DNA of 64,000 nucleotides from Mobula hypostoma (lineage: Eukaryota), in NCBI RefSeq assembly GCF_963921235.1, contig NC_086097.1, forward strand, positions 58,220,001 to 58,284,000, written 5' to 3'. Both the position numbers and the translations under genes were made by a program. Numbering within the stretch: the first letter of the stretch is position 1; every line of letters starts with the position of its first letter. The notes under the pieces were generated by a model that was not told where the DNA came from, did not search any database, and saw only the letters and a list, made by a program, of their open reading frames with translations. Shown one piece after another: positions 25,164-36,304 of this stretch.

Positions 25164-26198
25164 ATGAGTGTGAAGGCAGTTTGTTGTTCTCGGTGCCGGA
25201 TGTGGGAGGTCCTGGAGTCTCCAAGCCTCCCGGACATCCACGTCTGCACCAGGTGCGCCGAGATGCAGCTCCTAAGGGACCGCGTTAGGGAACTGGAGCT
25301 GCAGCTCGATGACCTTCGTCTGGTCAGGGAAAGTGAGGAGTTGATAGAGAGGAGTTACAGGCAGGTGGTCACGCCGGGGCCACGGGAGGCAGACAAGTGG
25401 GTCATGGTTAGGAGGGGGAAGGGGAAGAGTCAGGTAATAGAGAGTACCCCGGTGGTTGTGCCCCTTGACAATAGGTACTCCTGTTTGAGTACTGTTGGGG
25501 GGGACAGCTTACCCGGGGGAAGCGACAGTGGCCGTGCCTCCGGCACAGAGTCTGACCCTGTAGCTCAGAAGGATAGGGAAAGGAAGAGGAGGGCAGTTGT
25601 GATAGGGGACTCGATAGTAAGGGGGTCAGATAGGCGATTCTGTGGATGCAGTCCAGAGACCCGGATGGTAGTTTGCCTCCCTGGTGCCAGGGTCCGGGAT
25701 ATTTCTGATCGTGTCCAAGATATCCTGAAGTGGGAGGGTGAGGAGCCAGAGGTGATGGTACATATAGGTACCAATGACATAGGTAGGAAAAGGGAAGAGG
25801 TCCTGAAAGGAGAATATAGGGAGTTAGAAAGGGAGTTGAGAAAAAGGACCGCAACGGTCGTAATCTTGGGATTACTGCCTGTGCCACGCGACAGTGAGAG
25901 TAGGAATGCAGTGAGGTGGAGGATAAATGCGTGGCTGAGTGATTGGAGCAGGGGGCAGGGATTCAAGATTTTGGATCATTGGGACCTCTTTTGGCTCAGG
26001 TGTGACCTGTACAAAAAGGACGGGTTACACTTGAATCCTAGGGGGACCAATATCCTGGCGGGAAAATTTGCGAGGGCTACTGAGGTGACTTTAAACAAGG
26101 ATGGTTGGGGGGTGGGAATCAAATTAAAGAGACTAGGAGAGAGGAGGTTAGTTCACAACAGGGGGATGGGAACCAGTGCAGAGAGACAAAGGGTGTAA
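25164..26198 (+). CDS. CR1 ORF1 protein: zinc finger, coiled coil, SGNH esterase
   Basis: Open frame from ATG 25164: CSRC...CTRC, heptad LRDRVRELELQLDDL, SGNH blocks VIGDSIVRG, HIGTNDI, DGLHLN. Confidence 0.85.
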   Translation: MSVKAVCCSRCRMWEVLESPSLPDIHVCTRCAEMQLLRDRVRELELQLDDLRLVRESEELIERSYRQVVTPGPREADKWVMVRRGKGKSQVIESTPVVVPLDNRYSCLSTVGGDSLPGGSDSGRASGTESDPVAQKDRERKRRAVVIGDSIVRGSDRRFCGCSPETRMVVCLPGARVRDISDRVQDILKWEGEEPEVMVHIGTNDIGRKREEVLKGEYRELERELRKRTATVVILGLLPVPRDSESRNAVRWRINAWLSDWSRGQGFKILDHWDLFWLRCDLYKKDGLHLNPRGTNILAGKFARATEVTLNKDGWGVGIKLKRLGERRLVHNRGMGTSAERQRV

Positions 26199-26199
26199 A

Positions 26200-29121
26200 A
26201 TGAGGGTAGAAGCAAAAAGTAGTAAGGTGAAAAGTAAAAGTGGCAGGCCGGCAAATCCAAGGCAAAAATCTAAAAGGGCCACTTTTCAATGTAATTGTAT
26301 AAGGGCTAAGAGTGTTGTAAAAGCGAGCCTGAAGGCTTTGTGTGTCAATGCAAGGAGCATTCGTAACAAGATGGATGAATTAAAAGTGCAGATTGTTATT
26401 AATGAATATGATATAGTTAGGATCACAAAAACATGGCTCCAGGGTGACCAAGGATGGGAGCTCAACATTCAGGGATATTCAATATTCAGGAGGGATAGAC
26501 ATGAAAGAAAAGGAGGTGGGGTAGCATTGCTGATTAGAGAGGAGATTAACGCAATAGAAAGGAAGGACATGAGCCGGGAGGATGTGGAATCGATATGGGT
26601 AGAGCTGCATAACACTAAGGGGCAGAAAACGCTGGTGGGAGTTGTGTACAGGCCACCTAACAGTAGTAGTGAGGTTGGGGATGGTACTAAACAGGAAATT
26701 AGAAATGTGTGCAATAAAGGAACAGCAGTTATAATGGGTGACTTCAATCTACATATAGATTGGGTGAACCAAATTGGTAAGGGTGCTGAGGAAGAGGATT
26801 TCTTGGAATGTATGCGGGATGGTTTTTTGAACCAACATGTCGAGGAACCAACTAGAGAGCAGGCCATTCTAGACTGGGTATTGAGCAATGAGGAAGGGTT
26901 AATTAGCAATCTTGTCGTGAGAGGCCCCTTGGGTAAGAGTGACCATAATATGGTGGAGTTCTTCATTAAGATGGAGAGTGACATAGTTAATTCAGAAACA
27001 AAGGTTCTGAACTTAAAGAGGGGTAACTTTGAAGGTATGAGACGTGAATTAGCTAAGATAGACTGGCAAATGACACTTAAAGGGTTGACGGTAGATATGT
27101 AACGGCAAGCATTTAAAGATCGCATGGATGAACTGCAACAATTGTTCATCACAGCTTGGCAAAAGAATAAATCAAGGAAGGTAGTGCACCCGTGGCTGAC
27201 AAGGGAAATTAGGGATAGTATCAATTCCAAAGAAGAAGCATACAAATTAGCCAGAAAAAGTGGCTCACCTGAGGATTGGGAAAAATTCAGAGTCCAGCAG
27301 AGGAGGACAAAGGGCTTAATTAGGAAGGGGTAAAAAGATTATGAGAGAAAACTGGCAGGGAACATAAAAACTGATTGTAAAAGCTTTTATAGATATGTGA
27401 AAAGAAAAAGATTGGTTAAGACAAATGTAGGTCCCCTACAGACAGAAACAGGTGAATTGATTATGGGGAGCAAGGACATGGCAGACCAATTGAATAAATA
27501 CTTTGGTTCTGTCTTCACTAAGGAGGACATAAATAATCTTCCGGAAATAGTAGGGAACAGAGGGTCTAGTGAGATGGAGGAACTGAGGGAAATACATGTT
27601 AGTAGGGAAGTGGTGTTAGGTAAGTTGAAGGGATTAAAGGCAGATAAATCCCCAGGGCCAGATGATCTGCATCCCAGAGTGCTTAAGGAAGTAGCCCAAC
27701 AAATAGTGGATGCATTAGTGATAATTTTTCAAACTCGTTAGATTCTGGACTAGTTCCTGAGGATTGGAGGGTGGCTAATGTAACCCCACTTATTAAAAAA
27801 GGAGGGAGAGAGAAACCGGGGAATTATAGACCGGTTAGCCTAACATCGGTGGTGGGGAAAATGCTAGAGTCAGTTATCAAAGATGTGTTAACAGCACATT
27901 CGGAAAGCAGTGAAATCAACGGACAAAGTCAGCATGGATTTGTGAAAGGAAAATCATGTCTGACGAATCTCAGAATTTTTTGAGGATGTATCTAGTAGAG
28001 TGGATAGGGGAGAACCAGTGGATGTGGTATATTTGGATTTTCAAAAGGCTTTTGACAAGGTTCCACACAGGAGATTAGTGTGCAAACTTAAAGCACACGG
28101 TATTGGGGGTAAGGTATTGATGTGGATAGAGAATTGGTTGGCAGACAGGAATAAACGGGACCTTTTCAGAATGGCAGGCAGTGACTAGTGGGGTACCGCA
28201 AGGCTCAGTGCTGGGACCCCAGTTGTTTACAATTTATATATTAATGACTTAGATGGAGGAATTAAATGCAGCATCTCCAAGTTTGCGGATGACACGAAGC
28301 TGGGCGGCAGTGTTAGCTGTGAGGAGGATGCTAAGAGGATGCAGGGTGACTTGGATAGGTTAGGTGAGTGGGCTAATTCATGGCAGATGCAATTGAATGT
28401 GGATCAATGTGAGGTTATCCACTTTGGTGGCAAAAACAGAAAAGCAGATTATTATCTGAATGGTGGCTGATTAGGAAAAGGGGAGGTGCAATGTGACCTG
28501 GGTGTCATTATACACCAGTCATTGAAAGTGGGCATGCAGGTACAGCAGGCGGTGAAAAAGGGGAATGGTATGCTGGCATTCATAGCGAGAGGATTCGAGT
28601 ACAGGAGCAGGGAGGTACTTCTGCAGTTGTACAAGGCCTTGGTGAGACCACACCAGGAGTATTGTGTGCAGTTTTGGTCCCCTAATCTGAGGAAAGACAA
28701 CCTTTCCATAGAGAGAGTACAAAGAAGGTTCACCAGATTGATTCCTGGGATGGCAGGACTTTCATATGATGAAAGACTGGATCAACTAGGCTTATACTCA
28801 TTGGAATTTAGAAGATTGAGGGCGGATCTTATTGAAATGTATAAAATCCTAAAGGGATTGGACAGGCTAGATGCAGGAAGATTGTTCCCGATGTTGGGGA
28901 AGTCCAGAGCGAGGGGTCACAGTTTGAGGATAAAGGGGAAGCCTTTTAGGACCGAGATTAGGAAAAACTTCTTCACACAGAGAGTGGTGAATCTGTGGAA
29001 TTCTCTGCCACAGGAAACAGTTGAGGCCAGCTCATTGGCTATATTTAAGAGGGAGTTAGATATGGCTCTTGTGGCTAAAGGGATCAGGGGGTATGGAGAT
29101 AAGGCTGATACAGGGTTCTGA
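26200..29121 (+). pseudogene. CR1 ORF2 (APE endonuclease + RT), disrupted
   Basis: [69 protein letters not shown]. Stops at 27100 and 27331 plus several frameshifts. Confidence 0.93.
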
Positions 29122-30247
29122 GTTGGATAATCAGCCATGGTCACACTGAATGGCGTTGCAGGTTCGAAGGGCCGAATGGCCTACTCCTGCTTCTATTTTC
29201 TATGTTTCTATGATGATATAGAAAGAAAGTCAATCAATCAATTACAGTAAGTATATACATGCATATTGAATAGATTAAAAATAGTGAAAAAAACCAGAAA
29301 TAATATATATTAAAAAAGTGTGAGGTAGTGTTCCTGGGTTCACGAAACAGATAGCAGAGGAGAAGAAACTGTTCCTGAATTGCCGAGTGTGTGTCTTCAG
29401 GCTTCTGTACTTCCTTCCTGATGGTAACAAAGAGAACAGGGCAAGCCCTGGGTGATGAGGGTCCTTAATAATGGTCGTTACCTTTCTGAGGCACTGCTCC
29501 TTGAAGATGTCTTGGATACCATGGAGGACAGTATGCAAGATGGAGCTGACTAATGTTACAACTTCCTGTAGCTTCTTTCGGTCCTGTGCAGTAGCCCCTC
29601 ACCCCCCACCCATACCAGACAGTGATACAGCCTGTCACAATGCTCTCCATGGTACATCTATAGATGTTTTTGTGCCTTTTAAGTAACACATTAAATCTCT
29701 TCAGACTCCTAATGAAATATAGCCACTGTCTTGCCTTTTTTATAGCTGCATCGTTATGTTGGGACAAAGTTAGATCCTCAGAGATCTTGACACCCAGGAA
29801 CTTAAAATTGCTCATTCTCCACTTCTGATCCCTCTATGAGGATTGGTTCGTGTTTCCTCGTCTTACCCTTCCTGAAGTCCACAATCAGCTTTCATCTTAG
29901 TGACACTGAGTGCAAGATTGCTGCTGTGACACCACTCAACTAGCTGGTATATCTTGCTTCTGTATGCCCTTTCATCTCCAGCTGAGATTCTGCCAACAAT
30001 GGCTCTATCATCAGAAAATTTACAGATAGTATTTGAGCTATACCAAGCCACACAGTCATGAGTATGGAGGGAGTAGAGCAGAGGGCTAAGCACACACCTC
30101 TGAGATGCGCCTGTGTGGATCATCAGTGAGGAGAAGATATTATCACCAATCCGCACAGATTGTGGTTTTCTGGTTAGGAAGTCAAGGATCCAATTGCAAA
30201 GGGAATATTGAGAATACTTAATCATATTAATTGAACGACAGATGTCG

Positions 30248-30745
30248 CACTGCAGATATACCATGGAGAGCATTCTGGCAGGCTGTATCACTGTCTGTTA
30301 TGGGGGGGGGGGTGCTACTGCACAGGACCAAAAGCAGTTGCATAGGGTTGGAAATTTAGTCGTCTCCATCTTGGGTACTAGCTTACAAAGTACCCAGGAC
30401 ATCTTCAAGGAACAGTGTCTCAGAAAGGCAGCATCCATTATTAAGGACACCCAACACCCAGGGCATACCTTTTTCCCACTTTCACCATCAGGTAGGAGGT
30501 ACAGAAGCCGGAAGGCACACATTCAGCGCTTCAGGAACAGCTTCTTCCCCTCTGCCATCTGATTCCTAAATGGACATTGATCCTGTGAACACTACCTCAC
30601 TTTTTAAATATATATTATTTCTGTGTTTCCATAATTTTAATCTATTCATTGTATGTACACTGCAATTGATTTACTTATTTATTATTATTTTTATTTTTAT
30701 TTATTTATTTTCTTCTATATTATGTAATGCACTGAACTGATTGTT
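30248..30745 (+). mobile_element. Rex1/Babar-type LINE 3' fragment with 3' UTR
   Basis: [17 protein letters not shown]...IIKDTQHPGHTFFPLSPSGRRYR...RFRNSFFPSAI; inverted relative to the 29213-30203 copy. Confidence 0.85.
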
Positions 30746-30759
30746 AACGTGAGTGAAGT

Positions 30760-31765
30760 TATCCATACTGAGTCAGGAGCCTGATGGCTGAAAGGTGATA
30801 ACTCTTCCTGAACCTGGTGGTGTGGGTCCTAAAGGCTGATTTATACTTGCGCGTATTAGCTTACGCCGTAGCCTACATAAGTGGGCTACGCCGTTGTGAG
30901 CATTTATACTTGTGCGTTGGTGTGTCTGTGTCGCTCTGCAATTCACCGCCAAAACGCCAGTTGGCGGTGGGGTTTCTATGCCATTGTGTTGAAACTCAAC
31001 ATGAAGAAACTCAAACTTCAAACAATGGTGACTGAAACTGAAGGAGGATGAATTTTCTGTGCTTGTCCGGCCACTGAGAGACATGGACGAGGAAATGCAT
31101 TTCAAATATTTTCGGATGTCGGCAGGTAGATTTGACGATTTGGTTCATCGTCTCCAATCATTTATTTCACATCAGTGTATGCACAGTATACTCAGAGACT
31201 GGCAATCACCATTTGAGTTTTAGCTTCAGGTGGAAGTCAACAGGCTGTAGCAGGTAGCTACCAACTGGCGTCAAGCACAGGGTCCTCCATAATTTCGGAG
31301 GTCTGTAAAGCTTTATGGAAAGCATTGCAGCCAGAGTTCCTTCCCTGCCCTTCAGTCGCCCAATGGCAAGCTACTGCAGTGTAGGAGGAAATGCGATGCT
31401 ACCAAACAGACCAATCACAGTTGTTGCGGTTTGCATCGCTGCGATGCGTAGTTACATTTTTGGAGAGGTGCCCGTCAGGCTATGGCGTAGGGTACGGTGT
31501 AGGGTACATGGCTGCGCCGTACCTACGGCGTCGATTTGACGCACAAGTATAAATTGGCCTTGAGGCTGCTGTACCTCCTTCCCGATGGCAGCAGTGAAAA
31601 GCGAGCATGTTGGGGGTCCTTGATAATGGATGCTGCTTTCTTGTGGCAGTGCTCCTTGTAGATGGGCTCAGTGGTGGAGAGGACTTTTCCTGTGATGGAG
31701 TGGGCTGTATCCACTGCTTTTTGAAAACTTTTTTGTTCTTGGGCATTGGTGTTTCCACACGTATA
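30760..31765 (-). mobile_element. Rex1-type fragment interrupted by Harbinger copy 2
   Basis: KKAASIIKDPQHARFSLLPSGRRYSSL on 31561-31765 continues into 30760-30830 across the insertion. Confidence 0.75.
30833..31560 (+). mobile_element. Harbinger/PIF non-autonomous derivative (copy 2)
   Basis: TIRs aggctgatttatacttg / caagtataaattggcct; flanks TAA and TGA. Transposase remnant [23 protein letters not shown]...RLAITI*VLASG...[19 protein letters not shown]. Confidence 0.9.
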
Positions 31766-34047
31766 CAAATAGTTATTGTAGTCATGTGGCACTAGGGATT
31801 GGAGTTTGTAAAGCTACTTTCTAAATTTTCATTACAAGCATCTTCATGTTTCAGTATGCAATATTTGTTCATTGTATTTACTTAAAATTATAATTGAAAA
31901 AAACTTGATATGATAAATTTAAACTCTTGTATGATATGCCCATGGCAATAAAGTCTGTAACTGACCATTGAAGTCATTCTTTTGGTAATAAGTGTCTCCA
32001 TGTGATAAGCTTTTGAGAATTTCATATTAGCCGTAGAATCTTCAGCTTAGCAACTAACACCTGGTAGAAGCAACAAAAAATGTCACTGAATGATAATCTT
32101 TTACAGAGTCATATATATCCAACTCTACCATTAAGTCCATATCCTTTACCCTTACCCCATAGAGCAGATTCAATAATATTGTTATTGTCATGCTGTACGT
32201 AACAGTAAATTCAATAAAAAAGACTGTTGAGTCTGAGCAAAAACAGTTGCCATTTAACTTGCTGCAGCAAACTGATAAATAAATATGCCAAATTTAAAAG
32301 CTTTCTAAAAACGCATTTATTTTTATCTGGATGATTAACTTAAAATTCATGTCACTAATGTCAGCAATTGTTTGTTCAACTGCCCAGCCTGAGCTGAGGC
32401 TACTTACATTGGCATGACCTCAATTAATTCTCACAGATTTGTTCTCTCTGCTGTCTTACTTTCACAGACAATAATATGAACTATATTATAACATTTTCAT
32501 CCGTACAACGTTTTAAACATTGGATCTCATATTACACAAGACAGAATATGTGTGAATTAAAGTATGTGCTTGCTTGGTTTTCTCTTTCTGAATATATTTA
32601 GGAGAGAGAAGAGGCAGATCCATACATAGAGACCTGATGCTAACTGAACGAACTTTTAGGTTTCAGCTTTGCAACTCTCCTGCTGTGTACGGTATAACCA
32701 TTTCAGGATCAATATATTAGAGGCCTACTTTCAATGGATTATTTAATTCCACAGAGCACAAACTGGCATAGCTGGGCACTGAATGTGCAGTTACAGGGAT
32801 GGGACTTATCTCCCAAGGCTAAATTTGATCATTCCCGATTGATGTAAAGTAAGTATGATATATTGAAATACAAAAGCATTCATGAGTGAAGATTTTTAAA
32901 ACGTCCTTGGGGCTGGTGTTTGATAACAGAACCTAGGGAAAATATAATGAAAAGAAAGCTAGATATCTGGTGAGCAATTAAGTAATTAGGGCTGTGGGAA
33001 TCATTCTCCCCTTGAGGCCTAGGTTGACAGGTAATGGAACTTCAATTTATCACTGTAAATATGTAAAATATTGATAAACCTCAGATTTGATTGTGGAAGA
33101 AGTTGATCTCTTTTTGTCCAGGTTGTTTCAATGTTCTATTAGATTTGATTAACATGCTAACAGACAGCAGTGAGGCAAAAAATAGAAATTCTATTAGATC
33201 ACGTTGGACAAGTTGGATCTAGTTCCAGCAGCTTAGCAGCTGACACTTCGTCCTCATTACAGAACTGAAGCAAATGCATCAGGAACCATGCCTTCTCATT
33301 GAAGCAATTAACATTAAAATTAAATCAGGAAGCCAACTCATTAAATTTTGTTTTATGCTAAAAGTGCTCTGACGCAATCAATAAACTAAAAAGCAAAAGA
33401 TAATTGTGGATTGTCGTAAAATGGACACATCAAATCCTGAGGGATGAACCTATCAATGTAATGATGTCCTGGCAGCTGTGGTTTGCTGTTACAGTGATTT
33501 ATGTGGCTGGCTGTGACTAGAATGAATTTTGCTCGTCCATGATAACATACTCTGAAGGTTTATAAGACAGTTACATAAGTGTAAATAATCTCTTGCTCCT
33601 GTGGTGATTCCATTTATTATTGTTCTATTGCAACTTTAATGCCAAAAAAATACTAGTCAAGGTTCTGATGCTTATGCATGGACTATATTAGTTATGGGAT
33701 TAGTTATGATTATCCAATTTAAACGGAGATGGTGGGTGCTTGTTAGTGATGCAGTGGACGTCTCTATGCCAACCTCTCATGCAGTCAGTGAAACAGGTAT
33801 TTGGTGGTTTTTGTCGGGGTGGTTTCCAGGCCCGAACTCCTCACCGCTGCCCCAACCACCTTCTGGAGCAAAGGTGATCATGATACATATTTTAACTCTC
33901 CTCTTCAAGTTGCAGAGACTTGTAACAGAGAAATGGCACCAAGGCCAGCCAGATTCCTGCTGATCTTTTTGTCCATATAATCATCCCACTTACCCATATT
34001 AAGTACTTTCTGGCCTTCCTTACTTTGCAGTCATTCAACTCCTTTAG

Positions 34048-34147
34048 GATCCTGATGAAGGGTCTTGACCTGAGCCGTCAGTTGTTTGTTCCTCTCCATA
34101 GATCCTGCCTGACCTTTTGAGTTCCTCTAGCATTTTGTGTGTGTTGC
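34048..34147 (+). mobile_element. Short Penelope terminal fragment with decayed hammerhead
   Basis: cctgatgaagggtcttgacctgagccgtc (GAAA changed to GAGC) followed by the family tail; tcctttag direct repeat on both sides. Confidence 0.8.
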
Positions 34148-35133
34148 TATCCTTTAGAGTATTGACTTTAGTGTAACATTGTTAAACCTGATCCTTGGTT
34201 CCCCTTCAAAACTTCCTTCTAACCACTTATACAAAAAGCCACTACCATTCTCATTTATCTGTGTTAACAGGCAAGTAGAAATTCTGCTTCTTGTAAAACT
34301 ACCACAAAAATGTTAACACAGTTATGACTCACAACTAGCCCTCTGCTCTTTTCTGCTGGATATTGCCGATTGCTCCAAGCTGGAACATGCACAGCTTCTT
34401 GCAGAACTTATTTTTAACTGAGTAACAAATCTTTGTTCAAATTATTAAGTTACACTAAATATCACAGATAAGGTTATTCTTTTTAACTGCAACTAACCGA
34501 TTACAAGTATTTTTGAATGGAAAATATAAATATAAATGGTAGAACAAATTATGTCATTGTACAAGATTATAATGATTTAATGTCACATACTCTCCCTACC
34601 TTGTCAGTATCCGGGAGAGTGACTGAGCAGTTAAGTACAATCATGACATAGTTTTTAAAAAATCTAAACATGGAATTTTAAACAAAAAAATAATATGCTT
34701 AGTTTGAACAAAAATGCAGATTTTAAAAAACAAACTACTATAATTAATGACATACAATTTATTTGGATGAACCTTGGCTGATTACAGACTCATTTGAATG
34801 ACAAAATATTCCAAGGCATTTTATGCTGAGAATTTATGAGCTTAAATTGTATCCATCCACACATATAATCTAAGAAATCATGCTTGCTGATGCCACTGTG
34901 TGTGACAATGAGGGCACTGGCCATAGGCCCTGGGCTAAGGAAGGGTGAAAATCAAAGTTAATTTTCCTATTCAGTAAACTCTGGCAAGATCACAGCTATT
35001 GACAGGATTGGGATCTGTCCTGTTCCTCATAAATGAAAGCTTATCAACACCCCTGTCGGGGGTCACGATGGAAAATGGCCACATCCATAACTTTAATCAA
35101 GTCTGTTGGGAATTCTACACCTCGCTATATTAT

Positions 35134-35485
35134 TGTGACACTCCATTGGGGGCGGGGGGAACCAGCAGCCCACCCCTGCATTTCTAATGACCAGCACTGT
35201 CTGTGGTTCTTGTGTTAAAATGCTTTTGTGGCATTATGGTGGGAAGTTCCAGTTCATTTATTGTTACATTTTTGTTTTGAGTTATACAGTTATTTGCTTG
35301 TGTGTTTGTGGGTCACCCTAACTGTAATCAGGGTGTGTGATGGTCACCTCCCCTGTCTGTATGAAACTGAGCTGTTCTCCCTCTGGGTCATGGTGCCCGG
35401 TCTGTTTTTGTGTTTATCACAATAAAGCTGTTGTTGTGTTGAACGAGCTTCCTCATATGTCATTATGTACCAAATGCTTGCCACA
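35134..35485 (+). repeat. 5' LTR of outer Gypsy
   Basis: tgtgacactc...tgcttgccaca, contains aataaa; roughly 85% identical by eye to 44335-44684. Confidence 0.92.
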
Positions 35486-35486
35486 T

Positions 35487-35504
35487 TGATGTCAGGATTG
35501 GGAT
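35487..35504 (+). promoter_or_regulatory. Primer-binding site, tRNA-Leu type
   Basis: tgatgtcaggattgggat matches TGGTGTCAGGAGTGGGAT (complement of the vertebrate tRNA-Leu(CAG) 3' end, recalled from memory) at 16/18, one base after the LTR. Confidence 0.75.
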
Positions 35505-36019
35505 GAGAAATTGCCAATGAGATTGAAGAACTACAGCCTTGGATAGAATGCCTTAAGACCCGGGGAATAAGCTGAGGGACCGATCAGTAGGCCTCCCCTG
35601 CACTCCCGGGCAGGGCTCGTGAAGACGGGACCCGGAGGGAGGACCTGGGAACCGAGCATTGTGCCTTTCCAAGGAACTCGACGAAGCAAGCATACCCGGG
35701 CTCCCCCACCCGGGGGACGGAGTGGAGCACATCTCCTGCCTCCGTAGCAACCCGCACCAGAGAACCCAAGACGCCATAGCCATGGAGGATGGGCACCATG
35801 ACAGATGCTGCCAGAGCAACAGGAAGATCAAAGGGCCTCGGCAATTTCCACCGCAAGGTCCACTCTGAGGCTCCCGAGATACAACAGTACCAGAGACCTG
35901 GAGCCTTACCTGACGCAAGTCAAACTTGCCCCATTGAAACACGGGTGGAGCCCCCGCCAAGATAGTGGTGCACCTTGCCCTGGCACTGGAGGGAGATGTC
36001 CTGCGGGCCCGCCTCGCCT

Positions 36020-36235
36020 ATTACTCCAAAAGACTGAGGTTTGGTAAAATACTGAAAGGCTTTTATTCGCTGTACAATACGACCTCCACAGTGAGTGTCT
36101 GCCCCCGGACTGAGGGGGAGGGGCAAGGCGAACACCTTTATACAGGACTCTGTGGGAGGAGCCACAGGGGCAGTCAGCAGAGGGGTGTGTCCAGACAGGT
36201 AACCGAGTTACAACATATATACATGGTTTACCACA
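36020..36235 (-). repeat. 3' LTR of inner Gypsy (distal ~13 bp not matching the 5' LTR)
   Basis: Direct repeat of about 40323-40535; minus strand has TATAAA and AATAAA. Confidence 0.92.
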
Positions 36236-36304
36236 TTCACCCCTCCTTTTTTAAAAAAGAGTCCCGCGGGGTGAAGTGACTGACAATATTTACAAGAAGT
36301 ATAT

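Larger units (their letters stand above)
25047..29212 (+). mobile_element. Near full-length CR1 LINE
   Basis: 5' UTR, ORF1, ORF2 and the 3' end gggccgaatggcctactcctgcttctattttctatgtttctatg. Confidence 0.95.
24965..30203 (-). mobile_element. Rex1/Babar-type LINE (RT and 3' UTR), split by the CR1 insertion (pieces 24965-25046 and 29213-30203)
   Basis: [77 protein letters not shown]; the 3' tail lies on the other side of the CR1. Confidence 0.85.

Noticed and set aside
26469..27245. 258-aa minus-strand ORF
   Set aside because: Antisense shadow of CR1 ORF2, Ser/Leu-rich, with no domain.
34052..34082. Functional hammerheads at 34052, 57035-57100 and 20170-20215
   Set aside because: Core nucleotides (CUGANGA or GAAA) or helix I are mutated in these copies.
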